Below are positions 28,401 through 43,400 of a stretch of DNA of 64,000 nt, one piece after another. The notes under the pieces were generated by a model. It saw only the letters and a program-made list of their open reading frames with translations, made no database searches and was not told the origin of the DNA. The stretch's first letter is position 1, and each line of letters opens with the position of its first letter. Source of the stretch: Balanoglossus misakiensis. Taxonomy: Eukaryota; Animalia; Hemichordata. The stretch is taken from assembly GCA_040954595.2 (NCBI GenBank), contig CM082576.2, positions 14,883,129 through 14,947,128 of the forward strand, given 5' to 3'. Position numbers and translations under genes: made by a program.

Positions 28401-31400
28401 AACTTTCTCCTGATATTTAACAAGTATTTTTGTTTATGTTATTCCACGCCAGAATCGTTGGCCTGTCGTAACAAAAAATTGGCAATGCAGATTTCATAAT
28501 TTGTAGTGAGGCTGTAAAATCATTTGCACACTTTCTGAAGCTGACAATTTAGTGGGCCGAAACTGTCAACCAATATGCTGATTGGTGACTGCAGTGTCTT
28601 CAATTTCATCATTTCTTTTCCAGAATTAATCAACAACATTGACAATACATATTTTTCGCTTTTTGTTATTCAAATAGAGATATAACATATTACCTAGTAA
28701 GCTTATTGGTTTCATGAAAAAGAAGGAATCATGCAAAGAAAAACTGCTAGGGACTTGACTACTGTCTTATAATTTTCTTTTATGTCAGCAATAAATAATT
28801 GGAATCCTGGAAGACTCAATCATCAACTCTAATTTCATGAATTTATAAATTATTACATCTCATGACCAGCCATTTTCATCTTTTTTATCCACTGGGTGCT
28901 TAGTTACAGATGATAATTTATTGCACTGTCATATCTCTTTCAATATGCCCCACGTCAAATTAATTGCAGTCAGAGAATGAAGCTTATCTCTCGTTCAATT
29001 AGTATCACTCAGGAAATATTCAGGATTAGAAGATTCCCGTGGGTAACTCTTTAATAATCAGTTGATCTTATCACTAATGGAATTACCGGAATCATTACTT
29101 CCTTCATCAGTTTTCACAAATTTTATGAATCGGCACATCATAATATCCAGATTGGGATGACTACATATAATTTTTCTTTCCTTTCAGTTTCAGGCGATAA
29201 ATCACTCGAAAGTGACGGCCGGCAGATAATAACATCCAATGCCAGACGGTCTACTAGCAAAACTGCAATCATCACTTTCATAGGCACATCAGTGTACCCC
29301 TAAACCAATCTGAGTTGATGTACAAGGCAGATATACAGGTAGTGCATTGCAGTGAAATATTCACTGTGAGTCTAGTCTATGCTCAATCTGATTAAAATCA
29401 GATGTAGGGTATGCTGACGTCTCTTACTTGCACAGTACAGAAAGTATTCTTAAGCTGTCGCCCCCTGTACCATACAAGTAAATGACATCGCCGTACCCCA
29501 CATCTCTTTTCACTCAGACATGATCTACAAGAGATATTTGATATGCACTCTGAAAAATTTGGGCCATGGAAGTTTTTTTAAAGCCAGGATCTCCGCACAA
29601 CTATAAGGATGAACAACCAGATATCCTTGGGGAACTTGTGATGAAATTTTGTTTATGATTCCATATTGATATTCATATATGTGTATCATAAATAGATGCA
29701 GTGTGTCTAATCAAATGACAGATGTGTAGCGTCATTGACATTAAAGCATTCGTCCAATTATGTCATCAATAATTATATGCAAGAATATTTTATGACTGCT
29801 TGAAGGGATTAGTTGGAGTATGAGTCTGCATAAAATATGCTGTTTTAGTTTTAACAATAGATAATAACTGAAAGACTAGACTGATAATTAAATGGTTAGA
29901 CCTTTCTCCATGGACATTACAAAGTTTGAAAACTGCCCTGTCTTTCCGGAACTGGTTATATTCTCAGATGTACCTTATCCTAATTTTTCTATTCTTTAAT
30001 TATGTAGACTGAAATTGGTTTTGGTTACAAACATATTGCCACGGTTAATCTTTTGGGATCATTCCTGAATTAATGAAGTGAATCTGACCATTGACAAATT
30101 ACTCTCCATACATGATTATACTCTCCAATGACCCTTCACCCTTGATCATATTTTACCATCCACATGCTATCCTACTTTCAATTTCTTCCACCATCTTTTT
30201 TTATTGTTCATCAATTTTTTTTTTTTTTTTTGGATAAGTTTGAATTATACACCAAATTTCAGTTTTTTTTAAAAGTTTGATAACTTACCTCCTGTTCATG
30301 TTCTCTGAGAAGGCCATTCATTTGCTGATCATTTGCAGTTTTCAACACTGCTGGATCACTGAGGGAAAACATTTTTTTTAAAGTATACAAATTATATTAA
30401 AGCCTCTGGAGCTGCCATGTTTTGCATTATTTTCATGATTTTACTTTCCATCTTAGATTGGTACATCAAAGTAAGTTAATTACTGATAGGTACACATTTA
30501 ATTCGATGACTTGAACCAAGTCCAGGATGGTGTCCTATAAACTTGTTGGAAAAATTGGTATATTGTTTCTTTGCAAGGAAGACAGCGACATTGAAGAAAA
30601 AAATAAGGAGATCACTTACCCTTTTTTGTGTACATTTTTGACCGACTTGGTGTGTCTCCTTTTAAGCTTGTTGTGCGACTTGAGATGCGTTGTCAGTAAT
30701 TTTTCCATTCTCAGCGTCAGTGATTTCTTCAGTTTACTCTGCGCTTTCTCGTGTTTCTTGATCAGTTTGTCCAATTCTTTCTGGTTCTTTGCTATCAGCT
30801 TTTGGTATTTCTGTCAATGATCATAAATATGAAACAATAAATGTTTTTAGATTAAGGGATGAAATTAAAGCTCCATTAGCTGTAATTATTTTTTCGTAGT
30901 GTTCTCCGCAGAACAATTAAAGAGTATCGGTCAATAGAACAAACAATAGAAACTCAGTATCATCACAATAATATTGTTATGCAAATTAGTCGATCCCTGT
31001 ATCAGAAATTCCTGGGGAGAACACTGTTTTCAGTATTTTTGTTTTGTTTTTGAATTCAAGTCCAGAGTAGAATTTGTTTGTCAATAATAACATTGGTTGC
31101 TATGTTGACAAGTGGAGTACTGGGTATATTAGCATGCTATTCAGAGTAGAGCAAGAAATTGCATTTGATGCACAGAACAAAAATATGAAAACAAAGCCAA
31201 AAATTTTAGTACAGCCAATGTCCCTTGAATTCTTATCCAAGCTGTAAATGGCCAATACCCTGGAAGCATAAAAATTATGAAACAAAGTGAAATATACTGA
31301 TTTCCAACATGATAATGATTTTAAAAATTACCTTATTGACTTTAATATCATCTGCTTCTGCTGCTTCGATTTCAACTGAAACGGCATTAAAACAGATCAC

Positions 31401-34400
31401 GTCAGGCGCACATCAAAATGTCAACAGTTTTCAAAACAAGTGACTAAGTTAAAAACAGATAATCCTCATGGGCAGTTTTTTCGACTCTAGAATTCTAACT
31501 CTCACAATTTTCATTCTGTTATCAATGTATGATATCTATGCAGTGGCCATTCGCCATGACAACAGTTTATCCAGTCACCACGTTTATGTTAACTTCGCCT
31601 CTAGAGGGAGACATTCATATGTCTGGTTCTCCTAAAATCCCAACTCTCCTGATTATGTATGAAGATTGTTGTCAGAAATTATAGCTTTATACTCGAGTTG
31701 ACTGATTATTCCAAAATCTGTGCACTGACATTTGGAGAACCTTATAATTTTGTGTTTTAATGGGACAGGAATGGATTTCCTCAACATCAGCTTGTCATGA
31801 AGATGTACCATGCGATCAATGAAAACCACTGATGCACCTGGAGTAACAAGCTGGATAAGTGTCTCCCTCTAGAGGTAAGTTACATAAAATTTGTACATAC
31901 ACACACTGCAGCATTACAAAAGAAATTCAAAAAAATGTATGCCGGATAAAGATGAAACGTTAGGACTATACTCATGTCATGAAATTTTAACAACAGTGAA
32001 AAGGAAATATGCTCATTTTTATCAAAATAGCTGTATCAAGATAAGCATAGCATTTCACAATGTAAAAGTGGGATTTTACACTTTGGGGTGATCATAGTCT
32101 TACTGACCAGCCTGTCCGAGCATGGGTGCACTCTTTGTACGTTGCAAGTCTTCCTCAGCAATGGAGTTCTTGGCCATCAGGAGTCGGGTGTTAGCAATGG
32201 ATGAGGATCTGAACACCCCACCACTGGATTCTGAAGGTTTTTGACAGAGAAACCAAGAGAAACATTGATTAGTCTTAAAATTATACCATTCGATATCTGT
32301 ACTCATAGATATGATAGTTCGTATATTAAAGCATAGAGAGTAGAATCAAGATTCTTGCTTCTGCAGTGTATGATTGAAGATAACATAAATACTAATGCCA
32401 ATACACCTTGGAAGAAATGTCTAGAGACTTTCTGCAATATAACTCACAGAATCAATATATGCCACACTTCTAATTCAAGTAACTTTTGTTGACTGATTGA
32501 AGCTCAAGAGATGTGACATGATTAAGCAACAAGTATATGCTGCCATCCCATGTCTGTCTGTCTGTCTGTCTTTCATCTCGGATGAAAAACATTTCAACAA
32601 ACTACACTACGCACATGCACACATGACATTACAGAAATAAATTACACAAATAAATATCCAAATAAGTAAATACACAAGTATGAAATTTTAAGTTATGCTT
32701 CTTCTGTTTCTGGTTCAGAATCGGCTTCTCTTGAAAATGAACAATTGTTACAGATTTCTCTATAGATTTGATGTAGCATAAACAAACCCCTAACAGCAGT
32801 GTTTGTGAGAATTGTGAGACAATTTTAGAATTGCCAAAATTAGTTTTTGTGATAAATCCCAATGGAATTTTAATGAGTTCAACCAAATATCTAAATTGGT
32901 AATTGTAATATTTGAAAATCAAAATATTACAATCAATCAGTTGCACATACACGTGACTAATGTGACACTTGTCTCAAAGTGGCATAAGACCTAGTACAAT
33001 CAATCTAGTACTATACTAAGTGAAACTGAAAGTTGAATTACCAGATGAATATGAAAATGAAGAAACATCGCTCTCTTTGCGCGACATGACAGTTTTGGCA
33101 TATCCTGCAGACGTCCGATTCTGTGCACCACCATTGTCGCCGTTGGATTTGTTGTAACCTTGGTAACTGCTGCTCTCATTAGAGCGCGATGCCTCCAGAG
33201 CTGCTTTCCCGCTGGGAACACCGTCTCCTCCTGTGGGTTCTCCACTGCTGTTCTGACTGGGAATTTTCATCAGACCAAACTGGTCCAGCTGATCAGTGTC
33301 CTTGATGGAAAATGAAAGAGAAAAATTTTATTCCACAACTTTGTTCTTTGAATGCCAACTTTTACCTTGATTTACACACACATACATGCAGGTCTGCAAT
33401 ATGGATATCTCTTTCAAAAAAAAGAACCAAATGTACAGAAAATCTTGTTTATCATTATTCACCGCCCCCAATGGTTTGTATAATTCAACTAAAATTCAGC
33501 TCCTTTAAAAATCTCCAAAAAAAACGAAAATCCTATAGAAAAACATTGACCAAGTGCAGTAAAACCTGTCTAAACCAAACCCTGTCTAATCTGGAATACT
33601 GTCTGTACCGAACACCTTTTCCTGTCCCTCTGACATAGAACCACAGGTTAAAAGAACCTCTGCAGAACATACCTAAAGAAGCTCTTTAAACGGGCGGATA
33701 CCTCTACAAACTGAACAGTTTCTTTGGTCCCTTTGGTGTTTGGTTTAGACAGGTTTTACCGTATTTGCATGAGCAGGGTAGTGTAGTGTTTATATGGCCA
33801 TTTTGCTACGGACAGCACCGTCGAATTATTTGCCATCTATTGCAAACATTACCTCATTGCCTTCAAAATCCTCTGTAAGCCCACGTAGCTGTTTTTCTCT
33901 CTTCTCCACCATATTTTGATACGCAATCGGATTAGCTAATGCTGCAGCAAAGTCTGTCAGTGTGTCGGGCACGTAATCTTTCACACTGATATGTATAAAC
34001 AGAGTTGGCAATGTCAAAGGCTGGTTGGATTCGTTTCGCAACGCTATGTGACGATAACCTGTCATAAGAAAAAAGAGATACTGGTAAAATTAGGAATATA
34101 ACGCACTGTAGATTTAACCCTTTCACCACCATGGTTCAGTCCAAACTTATCATTTTCTATGGTAAGGTTGTTATTTTCTTTACCTAAGGTAGTACGCACC
34201 ATCTGGGACAGATTTTCAGAAAAATGACAGTCCTCAAAACTTTTCAATTCTTGGATATATAAAGTGTATGAGTTTTATTATGAAAACACCGCAGAAAACT
34301 GTGTATCCCGTCTTGCTTTCATATGAATCACCTCATAAACATTTTTTCCACAGAGGTATCACAGAGAGTGGCAGCAATTTGAAACAATTTGAGCAGTGGT

Positions 34401-37400
34401 CACATTTAAGAGAGAGTACAGTAATCTAAAATTACCTTGAGCAAAATATGAGAAAAAATTTAAGTTTGATTTTCGAGGTGTATAATACAATGTATGTGTC
34501 TAATTTGTCATCAAGTTATGATATTTTTGTGATAACAGTGGGAGATAGAGGGAAATGTCAAATGCAGTCATTGCGGACAGGATGCTGAAGTGACCAAATT
34601 AACAATTGTCATGTGAAAATAACCTGGAAACCACTTGTGTGCAAATCTGAAGGGTTTATGGCCAGGGAACTCACCAGGTCTTATGTCCTCCAGAGGTAAT
34701 ATGCGATGACCTATCAGTCTACCATTTTCTTCCACCACTGCTATGCGCAGCATTGCCAAATTTGGCAGCACCACCTGCAGAAGAAAATTACAGTGATTAG
34801 GCATTTTAATTGTAGAGATCAGAAGAATAAAAAATACCCAAAATATTGTCAAAAGTTAGCAAATAAAAGTAAATGCCTCATCCAAAAGATAGCCTTTTCC
34901 CTCATTCAATTAAAAAAAAAAAACAAGATTGTCAATTATGTTTGATTATCAAAGTCCAACTTATGGTCCTTAGACTTGTATCTTTTCCTTGTGGTTTAAC
35001 ATTAAAATAAACATTGCAAAACATTGAAATTTTGGTTTTAATTTTTCTGTCTTCTTTTTTTCTGACCTAGTTGTTTGCATAGCACGGTTAGCACCAGGTA
35101 TGTGACAATTAATCTTTCATTGAAAATAAGTGCAGCATACCACAGTACATGTACCAGAGACATGATCTCAGAATCGTCAGATTGTAGTGATTGATTCAGG
35201 GGCCAAGGATAACTAAAACTGAGAATGACTAACAAATTCTCCCCTTCTCCTACATGAATATGCTTTGACGGAACTGAGAGATGTTGTGAAAGAATTGTTG
35301 CCTGTGTAGAGTTTAAATACAAATTCTGTCTCAGAATTCTTCAAAATGCAGCATCAAAACAAATCGCAAGTTTATGCCAACAAACCCCCTCCCCTCATGC
35401 AGTCATGTTTCAATTATCCATGATCCCTAAGAAGCTTCAGCACGCCAAAATTATCATTGCACGTTTGCTGAATACGACCACACTGTCACAGTGAGAGAGA
35501 ACAGAGCCTACAGGACTTTTCTGCACACTTCTATTCAATATGTGGTGATAGTCTTGGAGCAAAGGGTTAGGCAGCTGCAAGATGAACCTGGCCAGATCAG
35601 ATAACAGAACAGTAATCAAATTGCAACCGTTTTGCTCAATTTATCAATAATATATTTTTCAAAACATCAGGGAGCTCATTTCACATCACGAAGATATGAG
35701 CAGAGATGATGATTCAGATGATAGCCTTGGTCTTGACTTATTGACCTTTTCAGGGACAAAACTATTCTGAAAAGACCCATGCCAAATTACTAGTCAATAT
35801 TTTATGGCACAGGAAGCAAGAATATGTTACTCTGTTGGCTCTGCAGGCAACCTTTAAAAATATCCTATTTTTCATTTTTATAATGCAAATTATTGGCAGC
35901 TTGCTCTTTCGAAAATACTAGAGAAGTATCTTCAACCCTAATGAAATTTTCTGACACTTATGAACACCTACGCAGAACTGCAGCCCACTTGCATTTTCAA
36001 ACACTCCAAACAACAAAAGCGGAGGTAGGAACCACCATTGCTTGGAGTGTGTCCGTTGCATTTTCACTTTAAAAAAATTCAATTTGCTTCTCTTCAAAAC
36101 TTATCAATATACAGTATCTGAGTGGGTGTTTAGTAATATGTTACCATTTTTAATATAAATACATTTGTTGAAGAGAATACAGACCATAGGGAGCTTAGGA
36201 AATGATGATTATTATCATCATCATTTCCTAAGCTCCCTTAATGTACAGACCATCAATATAATGAACAATTGTTGCTATAACACAGAAATATTGATAGCAT
36301 GAAAAATTCCGGGGGTTGGGGAGGGTGACATTCAAAATTGTTTAATCAGGCAATATTGAAGGACATATAAAACATCTACCGTAATATAATGAAGTTATAA
36401 TGTCAAATTTACCTTCTTGAAAACAAAAGGTTCTTCATCATAATTTGGATTAATACCGTTTCCCTGAACGGTCTTTGTTCGGAATCGTTTGCGCACTGTA
36501 TCTGCTGGTAGGCCATACATATCAACTTCCACATAGGTGCTAACTCTTCTGTCACTCAGAAACTGCCCAGATATAACCTGTGCAAAGAAAATAAAATCAT
36601 TCAAAAACTGAGGCAAGTTCCACATTATACCCATTCCACAGAAAGTCTATGTCATTTGTTTTTTTCTTAGAAGACTCACTATATTGCATCAGTGGCAAAT
36701 AACAGTTTCAATTAATCCTTCATCACAGTTATAATCTTAACATCACAGTTATAATCTTAATCTTAACATCATAGTTACAATCTTAATCTTAACATCATAG
36801 TTACAATCTTAATCTTAACATCACAGTTATAATCTTAACATCACAGTTATAATCTTAAAATGTTGTTGCCTGTAGTTTATTTATCATAGTGACATGTGCC
36901 ATCACATTAAAAGTACAAGCAGAATGACATTTTCACAAAATTACAGTGTGAGAGGTCACCCAGCCCATCGGGATGTAACTCCATGAGAATTTTATAATGG
37001 CACCGATTTTCTTCATCGGAGCAATCCCCTTTGTTTTGAATTTGGGTGCAACTCACATCACACTTCATTGAAAATGGATTGAGGAGTACATGTGTAGTGA
37101 CAAAGTTGCACCAGCTGGGCTTCCATAGGCTAATGAACATCTATGAGCAAATACAGAACCATTCATTTCTTAAAGACACCAACTTGTGTTTATAGTTGGC
37201 TTTGCCTGTGATTATTGCCTCATTTTCTGATTGGTTTACAATGCACAGAATCAAATGGACAAAGTGTGATTGCTGGACCAGGGAAGGAGAATCTGACATC
37301 AAAAAAGTGTCTATTTATCAAGTAGACTGTGATTATTACCTTGACAGACACAGTGCCTGCCACAATACCATCTACTGTAGACTCCGCAAAAGGGTCGAAA

Positions 37401-40400
37401 TGTCTGCCTGCACGTCGCATGAAGTCTGGTTTTAGAATGTATCCACATCGGCCGTTGTATTCAAATATTCCCATATTTAGTTGCATAGCCAGATCTGTTG
37501 GAAGAAAACAAAAGGGTAAGGTCAATAGGTCACAGAGTCACGAATAATTTAAGAAGTATGTCAGTGCAGCAACATGTGAAGGTTGCATCAGCCAATCAAA
37601 TGTGGGGAATGAACAGGTGTGACCAGATGGCATGTGTTATTGCTAAGACTGGCTATTCAGTCCCCACAGATAAATGCAGATGAAGTCCAGTTCATTTGGC
37701 TCAGTCGATTTGTTTGGAGGGGGGTTGTGCATGTGCATCTGTCCGTCCATCCAGAGCCATATAATCAGACATGCCTGGACTAATCCAAGGGGGAAGTTCA
37801 GTCTTACTGATTTTTTACATGTGCAAGTTTTGGATTCAGTTATTCAGGAAAACTATTTTTGACTTGCACAATTTTTTTTTTCAAAAAAGGACAAAATAGT
37901 GGCAAAAGATGGGTTTCATCAGCTTACTGTTTTTTTTAATCATCGGAAAGGGCATACCATTATTTGTAACTTCTGTAAACTTTTCAGTATTTTTGTTTTG
38001 TGTATCAACCACATTTTCTTGTTCTCCCCGCTATAGTTTCCCAACACGCCCTGTTTTCTGCTTGTCAACAACTCATGTGTGTGTGTGCCGATCATTGTTA
38101 TTGTTGAGAGCTGCATTCAAAGTCCACATTGAATGCAGTTTTTGTGTGAACACATGGGCTACATGTATGTTGAGAAGATTAACACTACATGTACACTTAA
38201 CCATGTCTCAGGAAGCCAAACAAGTACCCGGTAATGGTAGATGCACTGAATAAAAATAGGGGAAATTTCCAAAGTGGACCTTGAGTATACTGTATCCAAA
38301 ACATCTTCATCTGGTTACATTATCAGCGACATGCAACTGCCATTCATACTGTTTGCCCAATGTTAATTTAAAAACACTGACTGACATCTTTGAAGGAAAC
38401 GACAGTTGCACAACTTTTTTGCAATCCCAATGAACTGAACACGAGAAAGGCTTGAAATATCAGCTTTTGTCACTTTCGGTTGAGAGAGGCCGGAACTTTT
38501 GGCCAAAAATCTTACAATTACAGTGTTTACTTGGCATTTTACAGAAGACATTTATCCATAATATTCCCGGTGAAACACATGAAGATAATTTCTATGAAAT
38601 TGGCCTTCTGGAGCTGATAATGTGTGGCATGACATTGATGGGCTCAGAAGGGTGCAAAATAATAGCACGTTTAGGAGGTACATAATGAATGTTGATCAGT
38701 GGTAGATTTATTGGCATAGGAATACTATATTTATATCGATGCTTGACCTTTAATTTTAATCTCTTTAATTTTGATCAGAAATTCAAAATTTTTCAACTTT
38801 GTCTTCTATGCAGATGCCTTATCATAGCAACATGTCAAGCCACCCACAGCTAATGGAGCTTTAATTTGACAGATCACTACACATCAATCCCATCATGTCG
38901 TGAGATAATAGGATTCCAGTAGCGTTGTAACTCTTAAAATAAATCAGGATATTCTAGTTGCAATGCATGGGCATAATCATGACTGTTTTTAGAGACAATT
39001 AAGGTTTTAATTGTCTGTTCTAAGTATACATCCACAGAATGTGCTCTATAGGTTAGTTGTTGTTTTGTGTAAACCTCCAGTTCTGGTTCTTATAGAAAAA
39101 CAATTATAGCATTTGAATGAGTGTGTTGGGTTTTTTGAGTGTGATGAAAGTCATGAAATGATAAACTAGTCAGATTTCTGTACAACCTAACCATTGTCTT
39201 GACATAAATATGATTTAAAACCATTGGGTATATATGCATTAGTTTATGGAAAATAAAAAATGGGATCCCTCTTAAAGATATATGTAACAGTCTACATGTT
39301 GTATATGTCCATGCCTGCATTTAATATTGCAGTCTTGTCATTTCGCTGCCATTTTCTCACAATCTGTATAAAGTTTAAAATATTAGATTTGGTGATTTAA
39401 ATTTTTTCCAAAAATCTCCCGATGTATTAAACAGGGCCTAAGCTTTTCAATAATTGAACAAAATTTCAATATTTGAACAAAAAAATTAAGCTGCACTCGG
39501 CTGCTTTTAAGTAAGTATCTTATGCGAATATGGATGTATACTACAACACAGGCACATGGCCAGCAGCAACCATATTCAACATATGTTGTGTTCTGTGTTG
39601 GTTCAGGAGTCAAGGAACTTGCGATGGTCGTTTTTTGACCCCTCTTCTGACAATTCTTTCCAGTCGTGTCTTGTTGGCATGTGATGTGGACGTCTCGCTG
39701 TGTGATACACCAGTCATTAAAGAAAGCCGCGAATAAAGAATGGAAAATTTCCGACAATCTCCAAGGCTGACTCAATTTGCCTCCATTGTATTCACTCGTG
39801 CACGCGCCGCGCTTTTAGCCAGGATAAGTGACAATGTCCATGAAAGAAGAAAATACTTCACGAAAGGGAAAAGATATGTTACATAATTATCTATTGCCAC
39901 TCCACTCGTGACTGTTGTAGCTACAGACGGGATTGCTTTGATGTCTGGAGGTGCTCTCTACGTACATGTATAAACTCTGTTCTCTAATTTCACTGAACAA
40001 CACAAACACTTCAATATGGCATTGAAATTTAATGGGGAAACAGTAAAAGTCAAAGGCATATGGACAAAGTATTGAATTCTTTTAGATATACTGTAAAACA
40101 CTTTATTTTCGCGAGCAATAAATTTTCGCGAAATACGCGAGAGCCAAAATAACGTGTAAATATAAAGTCGTGTAAATTTTATTTAAAGATAACGATGCAG
40201 TGAATGAAATAAGAGAATGTGAAAATTAATACTCGCGAAACACTGCCTCTCGCGATATTGCAAAAATTTGAACTCGCGAAAATAAAGTGTTTTACAGTAC
40301 TATGTGTACCCTGACTTGTTGAATGCTCTCACCTTTGGCATATTACACCGTGAATACATGCGACGCTTTCTGAAAGCTTAGATTAACAAAAAAAGCAGCA

Positions 40401-43400
40401 AATGTTTTCAACAATAGGATGTACTGAGATACATGTACATGGATGATGTGTGCGATAAGAAAGTTAATTTCCAGGCAATTTAGATGTTGTAAGGCTTACA
40501 TGTAGATAATGAACTTTTTTTGTATGTATTATAATTAATATTAACATGGAAAATATAAGATCGAACACTAACTACCCACTCACCTGGACTTTGAAAATTT
40601 AAAGCAACCAGCTGGCAGCCAACATTCCAAAATACCTGGCATAAAAAAAGTTGCAAATTATTAATTCCACCAGATATATATATATCCAGTCCATCATGTC
40701 GCACACACTATGGTGAATTTATGAAAATGAGCAGCAATGCTCTCCAATACAGCTTTACTGCAGACATGCTTTTAAGACAATGTCTTATAGCTGCCCTTTT
40801 GAGGAAAATGGACAATTCGGTAAGTTGCCCTTGCTGCACACGGGCTAGCGTACAAATAGCCAAAGCCTGCAAAAGAGTAAATATACATGCTGCATTGAAA
40901 GCAAACATTTACCAGACTGAGAACTCATCCAGTGGCTCCATTTTGATGGCTCTGATAAATAACGACTAGAATCTTCAGTTCATCAGTTTGTAAAAAAAAT
41001 GTGCTTACATTTAAGATACCGCACCTCGTCTGAATTTCTGTTTGTTTATGTTGGAGCAAAAACACCCCAAGTTAGCAATTTTGCTCGCAAATCTCACATC
41101 CATTTTGTGCTCCCTTAGTTAGTCAAATAAAAATATGATGTAGTTTAAGCACAGATGTTGTTCATAATTCAAACCGTCAGAGAGAGGTTCCTCTACCTGA
41201 ACAGCTCATTATGCTAGTGGCCGAATCAATTCAGTATGCTACCATGGAAACCAACCCAAAATAGTCAATGCAGCTTTTCATATACATGTAGGCCTGGGGT
41301 TATGACAATCTAGAGACGTTTCATCTACCACCTGTTATTTCACACTTGAAAAATGATTCAAAATGTAGATAAATTTTTACATGGAAACATTTATTTTTGT
41401 ATGAAAACAAAAACATCTTATACATTTTCAGACTTTTGAATTCCTCATGTTTTTAAAGCTGTATGGAAAATATGATTGTGAGAAAAGGTCATTTTGTGAA
41501 ATGCAAGGGAAAGGGTGTGTCTTCATTTTCAAAGCATTGATTTCACCAATATGGTTTTGAATGTAACGAAAATCTTAAAAAAGAAAGTGTAAATTAAATT
41601 TAAATTTATAAAATTCTGCTGTCCTAATTAGTCAACTGTCTGGGACAAAAGTGGCCGTAAAAACAAATGATATACAATATCCACTACCAGAACACTGGTA
41701 AAAAGTCTTCTCTTCATACCGGTATATTGACAGTTGAAAAACATATTTACATGCTAGATTCTGGTGAGTTTCAAATCACTGATAATCATGACTTTTCAGT
41801 CATTAATATCTGATGTTTCACACTTACCTGAGGCATGAAGTTGACAGAGTCAATACGTGTTCCTTTGGGATAAATACGACTGAGCTGTCTCTTGTTGTAA
41901 CTGTTTGCAGCAATAATGTTAAGGAATATACACTCCATTTCATGTAAATAACATTTTGTTGTCTATTAGTAACAGGGACATGTACATTGACTTCACTCGC
42001 TGCATTGGTTAAACAATGACAGCAGAAAATATGCACATATTGTACAAGACTCAGTCCATTTTCAAAGTGTCTCTTCTACAAATATGTAAGCACACTTTCT
42101 TTTATGTACTGTAAAACACTTTATTTTCGCGAGTTGAAATTTTCGCGATATCGAGAGAGGCCACTGTTTCACGAGTATTAATTTTCGCATTCTCTTATTT
42201 CATTCACTACATCGTTATCTTCAAAACAAATTTACACAACTTTTTATTTTCACGCTATTTTGGCTCGCGTATTCGCGACAATTTATTGCTCGCCAAAATA
42301 AAGTGTTTTACAGTATATTTTTTCAATATCTCAGAGCGCGGTTTCTCAAAAACAAATATGAGATACTTGATCAGACAAGTGTCCATATGATAGTGGAACA
42401 TGACTTCTTTTTTAAGTGAATATGAAGTGTTGCAACACTTACATATCATGGGTGTCAAATGAGAACCATTGATGTTTCCAACATTCGTTTGAATATTGTA
42501 AAACGGAAATTCGCGATAAATTTTCGCAAACTACGCAAGAGCCAAATACAAATACATGTACATAAGATGTTATTTTTGGCAGGCTGGGTGGTGGAAAGTA
42601 TCATTTCTGCATTTCGGGAAGACACAAAGTTTGGTAGAGCCCTTGGGAAGCAATGAATACATGTACATGTATATACCGGTATATACATGTCCTGTAAATA
42701 CCACTTTGACATTTCCAAGCAGGATGTCTGACATTATGCCATTCTGAATTTGGAACTATGCAAACTGTTAGGTTTCTGCATAAGGAGGTTTCAGTATAAG
42801 CTGGAGTCTCATTTCCACATATACTTTGAAAACTGTCCGCTCCAAAAATGCCAGAGATGGCCGTTTCCTTCTTCACAAATTCCAAAAATAGATTAAGGAG
42901 ATATTTCATGCTTACATGAAGGCAGGAGTTCCATGCCTAGACATTTAACAAATTGCGCTCTCCATATATCTTGACAGCATCATTTGTACCAGCGTATAAT
43001 TTGTCAAAATTGATAGAAAAAAAGAAACAAATTATGGTTAAGATCTAAAAGCATCCCACTGCAGATTCTTATCCTTTGGAAACAATTTTTTTTTTAGATA
43101 TCTATATAAGAAGCATCAGTTGATTGAAGAGAATGACCCCTATTTATACATAATGTCTCTTGTTGAATCTGGAATCTATTTTGCAAAAAAAAGTATGTCA
43201 ACCATCATCTCATAAAACTGGAATGATGTGAGACAGATTCTTGGTAATTGGTATAATCCGAAGATTGAAGCATTTCTGTGTCTCATTGGTTTAATTCTAA
43301 AAGGAGATATCACATTAGACAATGCCAGATAAAATCTTTATGTTATGGATTTATGAGAGTAATTGGTATCGTATTCTTGGGCTTATCCCCTTGGTCCCTA

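Noticed and set aside
36721-36858. Repeat array that might suggest CRISPR
   Set aside because: Units are contiguous with no unique spacers, in a eukaryotic intron with no cas genes; it is a minisatellite
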